In this document: piece after piece, positions 12,472-27,550 of the stretch
Numbering within the stretch: position 1 is the stretch's first letter
Layout of the letters: each line of letters opens with the position of its first letter
Source: Phoronis australis
Lineage: Eukaryota; Animalia; Phoronida
Length of the DNA stretch: 64,000 bases
Reading direction: 5' to 3'
Assembly (NCBI GenBank): GCA_002633005.1
Contig: NMRA01000546.1
Location: 219,344-283,343, forward strand
Notes under the pieces: model-generated
Told to the model about the DNA's origin: nothing
Database searches by the model: none
What the model saw: the letters and a program-made list of their open reading frames with translations, nothing else
Made by a program: the position numbers and the translations under genes

Positions 12472-15400
12472 GTATGAAAGACAATGTTGACCAATTTTAT
12501 GTGAATACTCAACAACCACTTGGGTATGAATATTATTTAGTAAACAGGTGGATTTCACAGTGAATTGCAGGGGTCATTAGTGTGTTATTACACCACTTGG
12601 TGGCGCTCAAGAAAGGCTCTTGAAACTGATTCCAATGTAATATTTTCCATCTTTACGAATCCCGGAAGTGCAGCTGGTTATTCGATAAAATACGAACAAA
12701 ATCAGCAGTTTGACCCCAAATCCATGGTTTGCATGCAATTACTAAGAAGTGAAAAAAGATGCGTTGAAACCGACAAAATGCTCTGCATTAAAGGAGTCAG
12801 GTTAAAAGTGAATGTGGACAAGCAAAATATTTTTAAAATCCAAATTATCTGTACGTCTCATGAATTTTCCGAAAAAATTCCCGCTTAATTTCCCGTTAGT
12901 CAGCAGTATGTGTTTAAGAAAACCCAAGGCAGAGCAAAACGTGAGTTAAAGTGTGAAAAGACAACAGCTGTATACTCAGAACAAGCAAATGCCTGTCGTA
13001 GCCGTCACGTGCAACTTAAACTGTCCATTCAACCCAGCATTCGCAAATTATGTTTGAAGTTGGCGCGGGTAGGAATTAGATCGTGACTCAAAAATATTGA
13101 GGACCAACAAGATCACCTATAACTCGAACTTTACTTCAAATCAAACGACAGTGCCATCCCTGATGGTGAGACATACATGTACTAAAGGAAGGTTTCAGTT
13201 GTAATTTGAATGACGATACTTTATAATGAATTAGAATCCATTCAGATTCAGATTTTTTTCTAATATTCTATGGCTTGTCTGGATCAAATTGCATAGAATC
13301 ACTGTTTTCAAAAAGGGAGAGCTCTCAAACAGGCGTGGTCCGTGCCCAATTACTTTTAGTCTTTCCCTGTCAATGACCAACGACGTTTAACACAATGAAT
13401 GAATTGTTGGCTGCCAAATAGACTGCCTGTATACAGCATAATGCGTTTTGTGAGAGAAGGTCATGCCAAATTAGCCGTTTATTATTTTTCAGTTCTCGTG
13501 TATTTCACAACCTCACAAATCCACTAGGAATTTGTTTTACAGGAATTATTTACACTAATCCGTTGTGTCATGGCTAACAATTTCCAGGAGTTAGTCTTGC
13601 AAAAACTGTTCTTGTGTAAACACAGTTTAACCGATCTTAAAACGCAATAGGTGTTTTTTTACTATTTTCAAGTAAGTATGGTTTCACATTTATTGATGTG
13701 ACAATGTTTGTTCCGTTTGTAGCGAGTCAAATCTTGACAACCTTTGACACAAAAAAGTGTTCAGGGATCTCTTTTTTATTTGAGTTACATGTAAATGCCT
13801 CACTATATTCGAAGCACTGGCATTACGCAGGATAGGCATAGCAGGTAACTAAAGCAATTCCAAGCGTTTAAATAACCAATAGTTCATCGGCTAAAATCAA
13901 GCTTCTAGAAGTGTTTATCAATATCACAAAAATGGCTCCCAAGTGACGCAAAATATCTCAAACGTCTTGAAAATCGGAGTGTGTCATCATCTTGCTAACA
14001 GACAGATATTTACCTCATTGTCCGGAGTTGCAGGGGCAAACATACATGTGTAAAACTTCAAATCGCCATTAAAATGCACCTCTACCGCTGAAATCCGCCA
14101 GTGTGATGTTCGTAGGAATACATATACCAAAGTTTCACAAGGACGGTTTGAGTTTAGTGTTGCTAAGGTATTAAACAACTAGTTTTGTATGAAACCAAAA
14201 GCCTCAAAATAGCTCAATTTTGTACTGCACTGAAAAATGCCCAATATGGAAACACATGTTGATTAGCAACAAAATGCAACGTGATACCGATTTGAATATG
14301 TGTCATAAGTGAAGAAGTTCCAAAAAAATGTCACGTGTAGAGCAGGCGTTACTTCTACTTCGGGTGTTAACAAGGCCAGGACTTTGCTCCTATAACTGCA
14401 GGAAAAGAATGAATATTTTGAAAGAGAAATTTGTTGAGTATTATAGGAGTTTTGAGGTGCACTTTGGACCTAGAAATTTCAATTTCATCAACTCACTCAT
14501 TCTTAATGCACGGCAGAAGATGCTACACACCATTGGCACTGGTGACAACGGTAAGTCCATGGGCTCGAAATAAAGTGCGAAAAGCAATCGTAGAATCGAA
14601 CGGAAGAGTAAAAATACTAGCTAGAAATTGGGTCATTCTCACTCGTGGCAATAGAGTTGTGACGCCTGTTTTCGAACATCACTTTTAACGAGCCCAAATT
14701 GGAAAATACAAGTGGAAATACATTTATGCCGACACTCGAAATTTCCGATCGGATATTTATAACCCAGGTTTATATCAATATAGATTTGGTAAAATTGCCA
14801 AAGAACCAATAATTTATGCTTGCATCCTCGTGTTTTTGATAAAATGAAAAATTCCCAAGAATCCGCTTTGCAGGAATTATAATTTCAATTAATGAGTTCC
14901 ATGTTGAATAGATTTTACGGGGATATTGTTTGTAGGAATTTTTTGTCACAATGCTTGAAAGGGCACTATCGTGTTATTATACCGAGTATTTACTTAAGTG
15001 CATTATCGTAATGAGGACACTTGAATATTCGATTGTTATTCTTTACTAGTAAACTTTATGATATGTCATTCACACGGAATTCTGCATGGCAGCTCTTAAA
15101 ATTTCAAACATCTCTGTTGATCAGGTTCAATTTGAGTATGACTATATTGTGTATATAACAGGCTACCACGACAGGTTTAAATTTTGTTTAAAAACCCCAT
15201 TTTTGAATAATAGAAATCACATGGTAAATAGTGATGGAGTTTAATTGTATTTCAAATGAAAAGAACAATGACAAGGCAGTTTAATGCTCGTTGAAGGCAA
15301 AAAGTTTCCATGTACATAGTCGCAATAACTTATTCAATCAATATTATTGAAAATAGGTAAGGATCATTTTATGCAACGCCCCTAATTTAAAGACTACATG

Positions 15401-18400
15401 TACGTGCCTAAACGTTTTGACTCATTTAAGGACTCGGGTTTTAGTTACATTTTTAGAAAACGTTGTAAGTCAACAGAGTAGCTCGTAATGGAGATGAAAT
15501 GATAGATAAACATAAATCTGAGTAAAGAACAAAAAATACGAAAAAGACTTAAGCAACACAGTTGAGCACATGTGAATCCTTTGTCAAAAGGGTTCCGTCC
15601 CCCAATTTTTCCTCGACCCTAGTGATGGCAAAGTTGATTTTTCAAATTGTTGACTTGGGCCACCCTTCTTAAAAATCTTTGACTGGACCCCCCTTTTTAA
15701 AAAATGGTATATCTTTCCCGGTTGAGTCGATATTTGGAACTGTTTCATGTAACTGGGCACAGCCCCCCCCCCTGCTTGAATGTAGAATGTCGTAAGGTGT
15801 GGGTTTTCGAAACAAATATAAGGAAAAGTTGATTATTGGGGGTATGCGAGGCTGTTAATTTTTCAATTATATTTTAAAATAAAGTTTTTGCAATGAAAGT
15901 TTTAATAATTAATTGCTAATTAATTGATATTAACACGTAGAATATTCGGAAAGGAAGCAATTTCCGCCCCCAATCTTCTGGTTGAGGGGTGCCCCCTCTC
16001 CGTTTTTGCTTCTTCAGCAGATCTATTTTATGTTTATTACTAACCTGAACACTCTGGACAAAATCCTACAGGTTCTATACGTGCTCACCCTCCAATCACC
16101 TATTTTCACCTGTTTACCTCTGATTACTGAGTCACACTCTTGCTTATGGCGTATTTGCCGAAATGTTTATTACCTTTACAGCCCAAATTTTCTCTTGATA
16201 TACTGTATATTTTGCTTTTTGTATTTTCGATTGCACTGTTCAAGTTTTTTTTTTGTAAATATTTTAAGAAGACACTTCACAATTTTAAATTTGACAAGCT
16301 AAAATCGGCCGTAGTCAACGCCTCGCGCAATTTGTCGGAGCACAAACACCCGCTAGGTGTCGTCACGGTCCATGACACAATAATGGCGGCCCCGTTAGTG
16401 AATAGTCTTGTTAACGTCTTTGGGTCACAATGACTTCTTCAAATTTTTGATTTTCTTTCACGCTTCTTTAAAATGCAGACAATGAGAACAAACAATGGTG
16501 TGACATACACAAAAACTTGTTATAAAAACCTAGAATAACAAATGAATGTGAATATTTCTTCAATTCCCTTAGATACGTTTAGTGTATTAAACCACTAGCA
16601 TTTGTAAACTCTGAGTCTATTTTGTTGGCATCGGTTGTCTCATTGAGTCTATCGTTAACTCGTTGTTATCTTGGTTTATTAGAATCACGGATGAAAAAGA
16701 TATACCTCTGCCATCAAAAAGGGCAAGGAAGACAAATGTAGGCAAGTTCCTTTATTAAAACCATGTCTATGAAAAGGAGTTAAAGGTCAACTGACTATTT
16801 CCATTCGCTGTCTCAATTGAACTTCTAAGGTTGACTATACTGGAATTACAATTATGTGAGAAAAAACGAACAGTGACCCCCTTTTATAAAATTTGAAATT
16901 TAGTAACACTGTTAGTTTTTCTGATAATACTTTGCACTTTCGAGATATTTCTACATGTACTGGCCAACGGTATTTAACTCAATGGATGATATTTGGCTGC
17001 AAAATTGACAGTTGTTACGAAGTATAATATGTTTTGTGTGAGATGGCTTTGCCAAATCATCTATTTTCTGTTTTGTGTCGTCGTGTATTTCAGAGTCCAC
17101 AAAATCCCACAGGACTTTCTTTTATAGGAGTCGTTTCGATTGTTATTTAATATATTTAATGCTACAGAAATTGTTCTAAGTAAAATGTTTCTGAACTGAT
17201 TAATGTTGTCATGTAGTTTTGACATGGGAAAAGCACTCAGGCGTTATAACACGGAGTAAATTTTCGTGGGCATAATTGTAATTAGGCAACTTTAACATTC
17301 ATATCATTATTGTTCCTTGTGCGGAGCAGCACTGAAGAAAGTGGGGGGGGGGGCTAAAAACCCCAGTCCTCCTGTGGTGCACCGCCTAATGTGTTTGCTT
17401 GTAAATTTTATGATGTCTATTTTTGTCCTGCCGTTTATAGTAAATTTTAAAATTTAAGGCCCTCATGGCATCGTTGTCATTGACATTTTTTATAGCAAGA
17501 AATCAGTCCTAACATTTTCTACGACAACTGGTACACGTACATGTATGCATCTTGTGTAAAATCACAATTTTTCGAATACTGGAAAAACTATGGTAAATAA
17601 CAACGGGGATAAATTACATTACATTAAGGCGAACGAAGACAAGCCGATTTACTTCTCGTTGAAAGCAACGTGTTACCCCGTATATACATTACGGTAAATT
17701 TTCAAATGATTGTTCCTTTGAAATGACCCTGGTATAAGAAAAACAAACAATCTGGTTATCTTGAAATCACAATTTGTGCGAGAAAATCAAGAAATTAAAA
17801 AAGAGTGAATATCTGTCAGTTTACTGTAGTTGCCTGCTGTGTCTTTCAGCCATAGGTAACAGTTCATTACAAACCCGCCCTCTTTTGTCAGCATTCATTG
17901 TCATCTGCTTTAAGGTAACATTTCAAGAATTAGAATTACATTGGTTGCAAACAACTTGTAGAACATTCCTAATATGTTCGTTGTGGTTTGGTGCATACTT
18001 GTACCATGTGTGTCTGCTGTTTCGTATACTTCGTAAGTTCAACACTTATCACACTGTCTTGATGTTTTGTGGTGGAAATGTTTAGGCGTACATGTACATA
18101 TTACTAGTGTCAATCTAATGTTCAGGGTATATAGGGGAGCCTCAGTTAATGGAAATACGAGTCTTAGCTCGAAGGTAGAAAGCTCAACGTAATTATCTTG
18201 GCAGTAATCAGATGGATTTAACAGTGACGCGTCGAGGCGTTGCTATAGCTTCTGGGGTCACTACTGTCGCATTACACCGCTTGGTGGTAGTCAACAAAGT
18301 CTTCTGAAACTTATTCCAATGGAGACTTGTCCATCTTTTACGGTAACCAAATGTTCGTCCGGCTATTTGAGAAAAACGAACAAAATCATCAGTTTGTTCA

Positions 18401-21400
18401 CAAAGCCGCGGTTTGCATACAATTACCTTGAAAGATATTGTGTTCAAACAGCCAAACTACTCCACAATTACACTAATCAGGTGTAAAGAAGATGTCGACT
18501 ATCAAAGTATTTTAAAAACCCGCATTTCCTTAATTTTCCACTAAGTTTCCAGCTTGCAAGCAGTGAATGTTTAGGAAAAGTGAAGGCAGAGCAAAACCTG
18601 GGTTTAAGTGTTAAAAGCTAATATTCATATACCCAGAGCAGGCAAGTGCTAGTCGTAGCCACTTCACGCACTGTCCATCCAACCATGCATGCGCAAATTA
18701 TTATTGAAGTTGACGCAGGCAGGAATTAAACCGTGACTCAAAAATATTGAAGACCACCAGAACCACCTAATACTCAAACTTTATTTCAAATCAAAAGACA
18801 GTGCCACTCCTGATGTTGAGACTTATATCAGCCTAAAATTTAAATTAGATAAGGAAACAGCGACATACTAAATAAAGGAAGGTTCCAGTTGTGATTTTAA
18901 TGACGATACTGTAAAATAATTATAATCCATACAGACCCACATTGTTTCTAATAAATCTGATGTTCTCTGGCTTGTCTGAATTCAATTGCATAGAATCACT
19001 TTTTCCACAAATGGAAAACTCTCAAACAGACGTGGTCCACGCACCATTAGTTTAAAAACTTCCTTTTCAATGACCAAATATGTTTAACACAATGAATGAA
19101 CTTTGGCTGCCAAATAGATTGCCTGTATGAAGCTTATTGCGTTTTGTGAGAAAAGGTCTTGCCAAATTACCCATACATTATTTTTCAGTTCTAGTGAATT
19201 TAAAAATCTCAAAAATTCCCCAGGAGCCTGTTTCCCAGGAATTACTTCAACTTCTCTGTTATAACATGACTAGTATTTTCTTGCAAAAATTGTTCTTGGT
19301 AAAAAATTGTCTATGTTGAGGGATTATGCATGCAGTTTTTTGATGAGGACAGCATTGACGAAATATTTCATTGAGGCTATAATTATAATGCTTATGAATT
19401 TTCAACTGTTACGGTTAAAAAAGTAATATTTTATATGTTTCTAAGACCACGTGTAGGCATCAAAGATAACGTCTTACAGGGTGTACGTGATTTTGGCAGC
19501 TATGACAATTGTGTTCGTTCTTGTGACTGCAAATGGAGGCCCTGAGTCATTTTTGTGCAGGCACGCCCCTAAATGTAGCCGTGAGTTTGCTCAACGGTAA
19601 GTCTGACACGTGAGTTAAAGCTTGTATAAGTAAACTTTTAGTGAGACCTAACATCATAACGAACATTAACCAATAAAACTAGTAGAAATACAACGATAAG
19701 CGTCGGTACTAAAATATATTAAAATATTCAACACCCTTCGAGCGATGCGCTCTCTGACAAGGGTATGACACAGACTACCGGAAATGTGTACACCTGTAGA
19801 TGGATGTAAATAAAATCGCACAGACGACCAAATGATGGTATACAATTGACAGCATTAACAATTCCGGTCATAGTTTTACTATTTCAGTAATTTATGTTTT
19901 TATCCGTCGATAACTGCACAGCATTCCAGCATCTATTTGATTTAATTATTATTATCAATCAGCAAGCGGTGACCATGACCCAGGGGAGCACGATCAAATG
20001 CCCATTTTTTCATTGAGGTTACGACGGTTTTGTATCAAACAGACGTACACAATAATTTCAAGCAAAATTGCCACCTAATATGAAACTCGGACGGATATGT
20101 ATGGTGAAGATTTATATCTGGAATCCTTTTGATTTTGTGTCAGAAATGTGAATTTTTAAGTTTTGTATTTTGGAATTTGTGTGATCTTATTATTACTGGA
20201 CACCTTTTTTCCAGTAAAGCTTGATTTTACATGCGAAACGTGTTCCGTCCATTTCCTTGCTTAAAACAAATAATTTTACTCCATGTCTGACTTAATTGTT
20301 TGTGTTTAATAGTTTTACCCTGTTCCTAAATCTCTCACAACCTAGAACTGCGCAATGTAAATTCCTAAATATCTTTAACTGCGACAAATTGGCTACGCGA
20401 CGTAAACTCCGGCACCCTTAAGTATACCTTTAAAATCTGGACAACTTTTCACATACGGTCTTTTTGACTCTCTGTTAGGTATATTAGGTATTCCCTATAG
20501 GGGGCATCGTTATGTGTGATGGGAGAGTACTAGTTGGTCGGCGAGGGTGTTGAGACAATTCAGTTCACGTCTGCTTATTAAGCAAGAAGGGCACGCAACA
20601 GTTCACTCCTCAGACAACGCTTGAACAATCGGTTGAGATAATAATTGAAATTCCTAAGCCCATATTGGAAGCATATAGACAATGGTGAAGCTAAACATTA
20701 CAATGTAGAAACACGGTGTCATAATTACATGTACAGCTTCTAACGCCAAGACTAAAGTACCTCTCCGCTAACTTGTCTATTACACCTCTCGTAGCCGAAG
20801 GACCGACAAAACTGAAATTTGCAATCTTGGACTGAACTACTTCCCATTCACCTACCTGAAAGACAGGGACGAGACAGCCTAAATAGTTTGATAACCATAA
20901 CATGAGTTGTTTTATTGACCATGTGTATTTTCCAACGGTTTATATTACAGTAACATATATGTTCAGGCTCGACTGTTGAGAAACATAATCCACTTATTTT
21001 ACAGGTCATGCCTATTTTACTTTAGATTACCTACATGTTCATGTAAGCAGATTTATATGAAACCAAAAGCCTCAAAATAACTCAAATTTGCGCAGCACTG
21101 GAAAAAATACCAAATGTGGAAAACATGTTGGTTAGCAACAAGATGCCACGTGATAATGATGTGTGCTTACTTGGCTCTGAAGACGTGTCATACGAGAAAT
21201 ATTTCCATAAAATGTCACCTGTAGAGCAGGCGTTACTTCTACTTCGGATATTGACGAGGACAGGACTTGGCTCCTATAACTGCAGAAAGAGATGGTTCAT
21301 TTGAGAGATAAATTCATTGAGTATTATAGTAGCGTGTGGCAGCCTTTTGGCCTGGAAATATGTTTCAATAGCTCACTCATTCTTAGTGCACGGCAAAAGA

Positions 21401-22640
21401 TGCCACCAACCATTGGCACTGGTGACAACGTTAACTCCATGAACTCGAAATTACGGGTGAAAAACAATCGTAAAACCAAGCAGAAAAGTTGAATACCAGC
21501 TAGAAATTGGGTCACTCTCACCTGCCGCAATGGTGTTGCGACGCCTTTTTTCGAATATCACTTTTTACTACCCCAAATACGAAAAGACGAGTGAAAATAC
21601 ATCTTCTGTATGCGGTGCAGTGTAGGTGAGGTGGAACTGTAGATAATACACGCCCCTAGTCTTCACCAATTTCACTCACATCAAGGATGAAATAAAAAGA
21701 GATGGTCACACTTGTCACCAAGTATAGTGCATAATGAAACAGGTCACGTGACCATGATCTTCATGATACACATAAGCAAGATGATCCTGTATCAAGCAAA
21801 CTACATAATCACATACACAGACTTGTCACTAAGTTCAACATGACCGTAAGAGAGTGGCTATACATATTGCAAGTGATAATTTCCTGTTTTGTGGGATTAC
21901 ATTATGTCATGAACTTTATATAGAGTAACAGCACTCGTGCGTTACTACGCATTTTTTTCTTACAGACATAATTATAATGAGACCACTTCAACATTCACGT
22001 TTTTGATATTTAATTTACTTTTACGGTCTCCCCTTTTATGTTGCCCTCTACAGTAAATTCTGTATTACAGAGCCCCATGTCAGTGCTGTCATTGAAAGAC
22101 AGAGGACAAAAACTCGGAACGCTGGCATGTATGCATCTTGTATTAACATGGTATTTTTTCAAACACTGAAAATCAGATGGTGAATATTCATGAAGTTGAA
22201 TTGAATTTCAGATAAAAATAACCATGGCAAGACTAATTACAGAACAACTGTTGCCATGGATACAGTATCATACCGTACCTCTTTAATTTATTGTTTTGTT
22301 GCTCTTTCATGCTGCTTCAAAGTGGGTCACATTAAAAAATCGTGTGATGTAGAAATGAAAAGCTGTGTGAAAAAAACATGGACGATCCATATTCAATGCG
22401 CGTTGAATATGGAGAAGTAGTTCTTCTATATCAAACCTCACAATAATAACAGTAATAACAGTAATTCATGACCAAACCATAACGCGTATATTTCTCAGTT
22501 TTCTTTAGTTAGGCGTTTTCATCCAGAGGAAAATAATTCGTGCCAAACCAAATCTTATTTTGTTGTCATTCTTTGTCACCTTTTCATTGCTTTTCCATTT
22601 ATAAATACTGCTGTTATCTTTATTTGCTTGTTCCCATTAG

Positions 22641-22703
22641 GACTACAGAGGGAAGCAGAAGGCTCATTACAGTTCCCATTAGGAAAAGTGGCGGAGAAAG
22701 AAG
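22641..22703 (+). CDS. Candidate symmetric linker exon (phase 1 to 1) LQREAEGSLQFPLGKVAEKE
   Basis: Pyrimidine-rich acceptor ttgttcccattag, donor aag|gtaaag, 63 nt open. Confidence 0.5.
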
Positions 22704-22885
22704 GTAAAGAACATGACGCTATTTCTACTCGCTGTCTAACTTGCACTTATCAATTCTGGTAATAGATTTATACACGTATAGGTTGCAATCAATTGTTAAA
22801 ACATTCCAAATCAATTCGTTAATTTTTGGTACTTATCCGGTTTCTCGCATGTCATTGTTTGTTTTGGTCGTAATGTTTAGTATAG

Positions 22886-23003
22886 AGGCAAGCGGCAATT
22901 AATATTGGAGATTACAGTAAGTTAACAAATCTGCTGCGCCTGCTCCATCTGGAGGAACTTAAGGATCGAGTGGAAAAACTGTCAAGGAAAATAAAGGCAC
23001 CAG
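22886..23003 (+). pseudogene. 5'-truncated copy of DED exon b: RQAAINIGDYSKLTNLLRLLHLEELKDRVEKLSRKIKAP
   Basis: Clear homology to about 12354-12471 including the g|gtatga donor. The first ~18 codons and the original acceptor are missing, but the frame is still open. Confidence 0.8.
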
Positions 23004-26000
23004 GTATGAGAGAGACTATGTTGACTAATTTTATGTGCCACTGTCAAAGAACATGTTGCTCGGGACAGTATAGAACTTTATTTCGCAACGCATTACATGT
23101 GATATGTGTGTCAGTCTGATCGTTCGTGGAACTCGAACACACATAACATTCAGTAACAGTTCAAACACACATACACGTAACTCGGAAAGTAGATCATATT
23201 AAAGACGAATTAAAAGCAAAACGGTAAATGACAGTAAATAATAACTTAATGATGTCTTGAGCCTCCAGCAACACAAATCACATCCGACGACCAGTATGAC
23301 AACATTCACAGGAGGGCCTCAACATGCCGGATAACCCGGGTGTGATCTCAGCGACCTGAGTGCACTCGGCCATTCATAAACAAATTAGCATTCACAGAAC
23401 TCAGTGCGTGGTAGGCGGAGCTAAGTTCATTCACAGTAAATATCAAAGGAAGGGAATTGTATTGTATTTCTATAAGAAGAACAAAGACAAGGCGATTTCC
23501 TTCTCGTTGAAGGCAACATGTCACCACGTGTACAGCACCATTCTTTTTCAATTTGCTGGTGCTTCAATATGAGTCAGGTTCAATGTAAATAACTCATCTG
23601 GTTTTGTAGAAATTTGTGTGAGAAAATGATGACGTGCGATGTCTNTGCGTGGTAGGCGGAGCTAAGTTCATTCACAGTAAATATCAAAGGAAGGGAATTG
23701 TATTTCTATAAGAAGAACAAAGACAAGGCGATTTACTTCTCGTTGAAGGCAACATGTCACCACCTGTACAGCACCATTCTTTTTCAATTTGCTGGTGCTT
23801 CAATATGAGTCAGGTTCAATGTAAATAACTCATCTGGTTTCGTAGAAATTTGTGTGAGAAAATGATGACGTGCGATGTCTTCAGCCAGAGTTCAGCAGTT
23901 TAGGACTAACCCGTTGCTCTTTTGTGGGCATTTATTGTCATCTGCCTTAGGGTTAAGATTTATGGGATTAGACGTACACTGGCTGCAACAAGTAGTATAA
24001 CATCCTTTTTTCATGTTTATTACGAAATATTCAAATAAATAAATATACATAACCCAGAAAACGCCAACAAGCATTGTACATGTGTTAAAAATACAAAGAA
24101 TCCAATATACATTTATTATACACAAATACATGCACATACAAATTAAAAAATATGTTAAGATTACAATGACTTATGACTGCGAATGTAAAAGAATCATTTT
24201 CATGCATACACATGCATAAAACTCTATAAAGAAATTTTGATACTATTTGGAATAAAACCCTATTTTCATTTGGGTTGAGTTCTTGACCTTATTGAAGAAA
24301 TAATATTTGTTGTAGAATTGAGTAATTTCAGAATTTTTGTAAATACTAAGGTATTGTATAACACCTTTATTAAATTCGTCATGGTTTAGTGCATGTCATG
24401 TGCGTCTGCTGTTTCAAATACTATAAAGTCAACCATCAACAGGCTGTATTGATGTTTTGGGCTAGAAATGGTTAGGCGTACATGTACTTGTTATTAGTGT
24501 CAACTTAGCGTTGACGTTAAGGGAATGGAAATGCGAGTCTTGGCTCGAAGTTAAAAATTCAATTTCAATGTTTTTGTTGTAAGCCGATGGATTCAACGGT
24601 GAAGCTTGATGCGCTACCATGTGGACTTTCCCAGTGATGTCAGCATAATGTGGTGACCCACCGCGAATTGTAACTGACAACTTTGGAAAGGAAGACAATG
24701 CCGAACCGTAAGTGCAGACGATTATTAACAAACTAACAAAATCACTGGTTTTAACCCCAAATCCACTGTTTGCATGCAATTATTACGCAATGAAAGATAT
24801 TGTGTTCAAACAGCCAAACTACTCCGCATTATATTAATCAGGTGAAAAGTGAATGTCGACTAGCTTAACGTTTTTACAAATCCAAAATATTTTAACAGCT
24901 CCTGAAGTTTCCGCTAAACTTTCCGCTTGTCAGCAATAAGTATTTAAGAAAAGTGAAGGAAGAGCAAAATGTGAGTTAAAGTGTGACAAAATAACCATCG
25001 TATACTCAGAACAAGTGAATGCCAGTCGTAGCAGTCACATGCACCTTTAGCTGTCCAGCCAACACTGCACGTGCAAATCATTAAGGAGCTTGCCACAGGT
25101 AGAAATTAATCCGTGACTTAAGATATTGAGGACCACTAGGACTACATCTTACTCGAACTTTATTTCAAATCTAACGGCAGTGCCATCAATGATGGTGAGA
25201 TTTATATCAACCTAAGCAATAAATCAAATAGTCAAATGTTGATAAACTAAATGAGGGTTCCAATTTATATTTGATTGACGACACTGTATAAGAAATCAGA
25301 ATCCATGCAGACCTAGAATTTGTTTCTAATATTCTCTGATTTGANAACTTTATTTCAAATCTAACGGCAGTGTCATCAATGATGGTGAGATTTATATCAA
25401 CCTAAGCAATAAATCAAATAGTCAAATGTTGATAAACTAAATGAGGGTTCCAATTGTTATTTGATCGACGACACTGTATAAGAAATCAGAATCCATGCAG
25501 ACCTAGAATTTGTTTCTAATATTCTCTGATTTGAATGAATTAAATTTCATAAAATCACCGTTTTCACAATGGGGCCTCTCAAACTTTGGAAATCCACGCC
25601 CCATTAGATTAAATCTTGCCCTGTGAATGACCAAGGATGCTTAACTCTTTTTTTCAGTAGCGTGAGTCTTTGTTTTGTGTAGAATAAGAAGTTTGCAACG
25701 AAGGGCAAATTCCATATAAAGTATTGTTAAGACAATTTTGGGATGACAAACAATTCTACGGCACTATTTTAAACTTTCGATTTTTGAATTAGAGTTTAAG
25801 CATTACTACATAACAGGCCTTAACTGAATAATGATAGCAGGTATCAATTTTGTTTAAAATCATATTTTTTCGAAAACTGGAAATCCCATGGTTTATTAAA
25901 GAAGTTTGATTGTATTTAAAAAAACAAAGGCAAGGCGATTTATTTCTCTTTGAAGGCAGAACGTTTCCATACATGTATATATAGTAACATACCTGTTCGC

Positions 26001-27550
26001 TTTTTGCTTTGTTGTTCTTTACCGCTTCTTCAAAGTGAGGTAAAATTACAACAATGGTGTGAGATAGAAATAAAATTGATGTGAGAAAAACATGGAATGA
26101 AAAATGATTGTGAATGTTTCTCAATTTTCTTAGGTACGTGCAGTACATTTATACAGTAACATTTGTCAACTCTGCATTTACATGTAGTTTGTTGACATCG
26201 CTTGTCTCGAGGATATTGCTTCATACCTACTTTAAATTAAAGGTAGTCGCCCTCTCTATTAGAAGTCAGGCGTGGGTACAGTAACGCTAGGACCTAAGCT
26301 AGGACCTAGCTTGAACCTACCCAAAGCCATGTGTTCCCATTTAAATATATAACAAGATCTCATGAAATCTCCCGAAGACTTGCTTTTTAGTGAGGTCATC
26401 GCGTTACTGAACGGGAGCAGGATTCGTGGAGCTCCTACTTTTCCTTATTTTGTCAATTTTTAAAACAATTTCTACTTCCTATACTAAATCTTTAGATTCT
26501 TACCTTTTAAAAATGGTATGGGAAAATATTCATTCTTTTTTAATTTTCCTCAATTTCTTAATTTCTGACTCTCTAATTGCGCTCCATAACCGGAAATCAT
26601 AACCTGTGTAAAATATAACATATCATTTAAGCTCGATTTTTGGTTCACTTAAATTTCACCAATTATTCACATGAATTGTCTTCAATGCAGAGCCAAAGAT
26701 AAATCAAGCGTTTCAACACCTGTGCGTTTTGCAATGGTGAGAGATTTATTTTTGTTGTGTTTGTATTTTAAGCAAAAACCATTAACTGTTGTCAAATATT
26801 TCACATTTTTAAATATCCAAAAACTATGAAGCCAGCTCTTCATACCAATTCCTAAAACTATACAGTACATCGATTTATCCATCCGCTGGCAAAGTTTCTA
26901 CTTGAAATCTGTCTGTAATATGTGTGAGGGGTTTTTGACTTTAGTACAACCTTAACTTTCCTCGACCCAAGTAATCTATTCGGAATTTAAAGCTTTCACT
27001 AAAAGCATTCCGATGCAATTCATCGAACAACCAGTAGTTTTAGGACACATCGTCCGTAAATTTGAGTTTACAAAAGGTGCAAATCGTTACCTTCTGGTGT
27101 ACTAATTTCATCAGTTACTGACGAGAACAAGATGCATGTATACATGTTCTAGGACCATCTGACCACCTAAAATACAAGTCCAAAATAATGTTTCATGGTC
27201 TCTATTGAATCGAACGTCACTTGCAAGAACTTTTTGAGAAGCTCGTCAGAATCGGTGCTCTCTCTTTAAATTTCTGCGATCTCATGACACTTGACGTAAA
27301 ACCAGAGTGTGTTTAGAACAAACTAATTGCTATGAAACACTTCGCAACTATAAAATGAATATGCATAAATCAAAACTGTTGCATCAACCAGACTGTTTGA
27401 CGTAGTATTCTCTCCTCAGACTACCGTGGAGCCAAATAAGGTCAATTACACTGTACCTCAAAAATCCTGTTTCAAAACATTTGACACGACCTCATGGTAA
27501 TTTTACCCGATGAATGCACTGTGTAACCTGATCAAATTAATCAGTTTCAG

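Larger units (their letters stand above)
12690..26210 (+). repeat. Degenerate internal triplication of intronic blocks
   Basis: Block A at 12690-13620, 18378-19300 and 24735-25645; block B at 14188-14725 and 21056-21605; block C at 16455-16640, 22305-22420 and 26015-26210; block D at 17540-18180 and 23480-24560, with fragments at 22127 and 25855. Confidence 0.85.

Noticed and set aside
14328-21492. Similar ORFs MSRVEQALLLLR... at 14328 and 21116-21492
   Set aside because: They lie in duplicated block B, the frames differ between copies (frameshift), and there is no recognisable domain or consistent splice sites.
27420-27497. Possible extra exon before 27551
   Set aside because: The following intron would be only ~53 nt (about 42 nt in copy B), and the phase is ambiguous.
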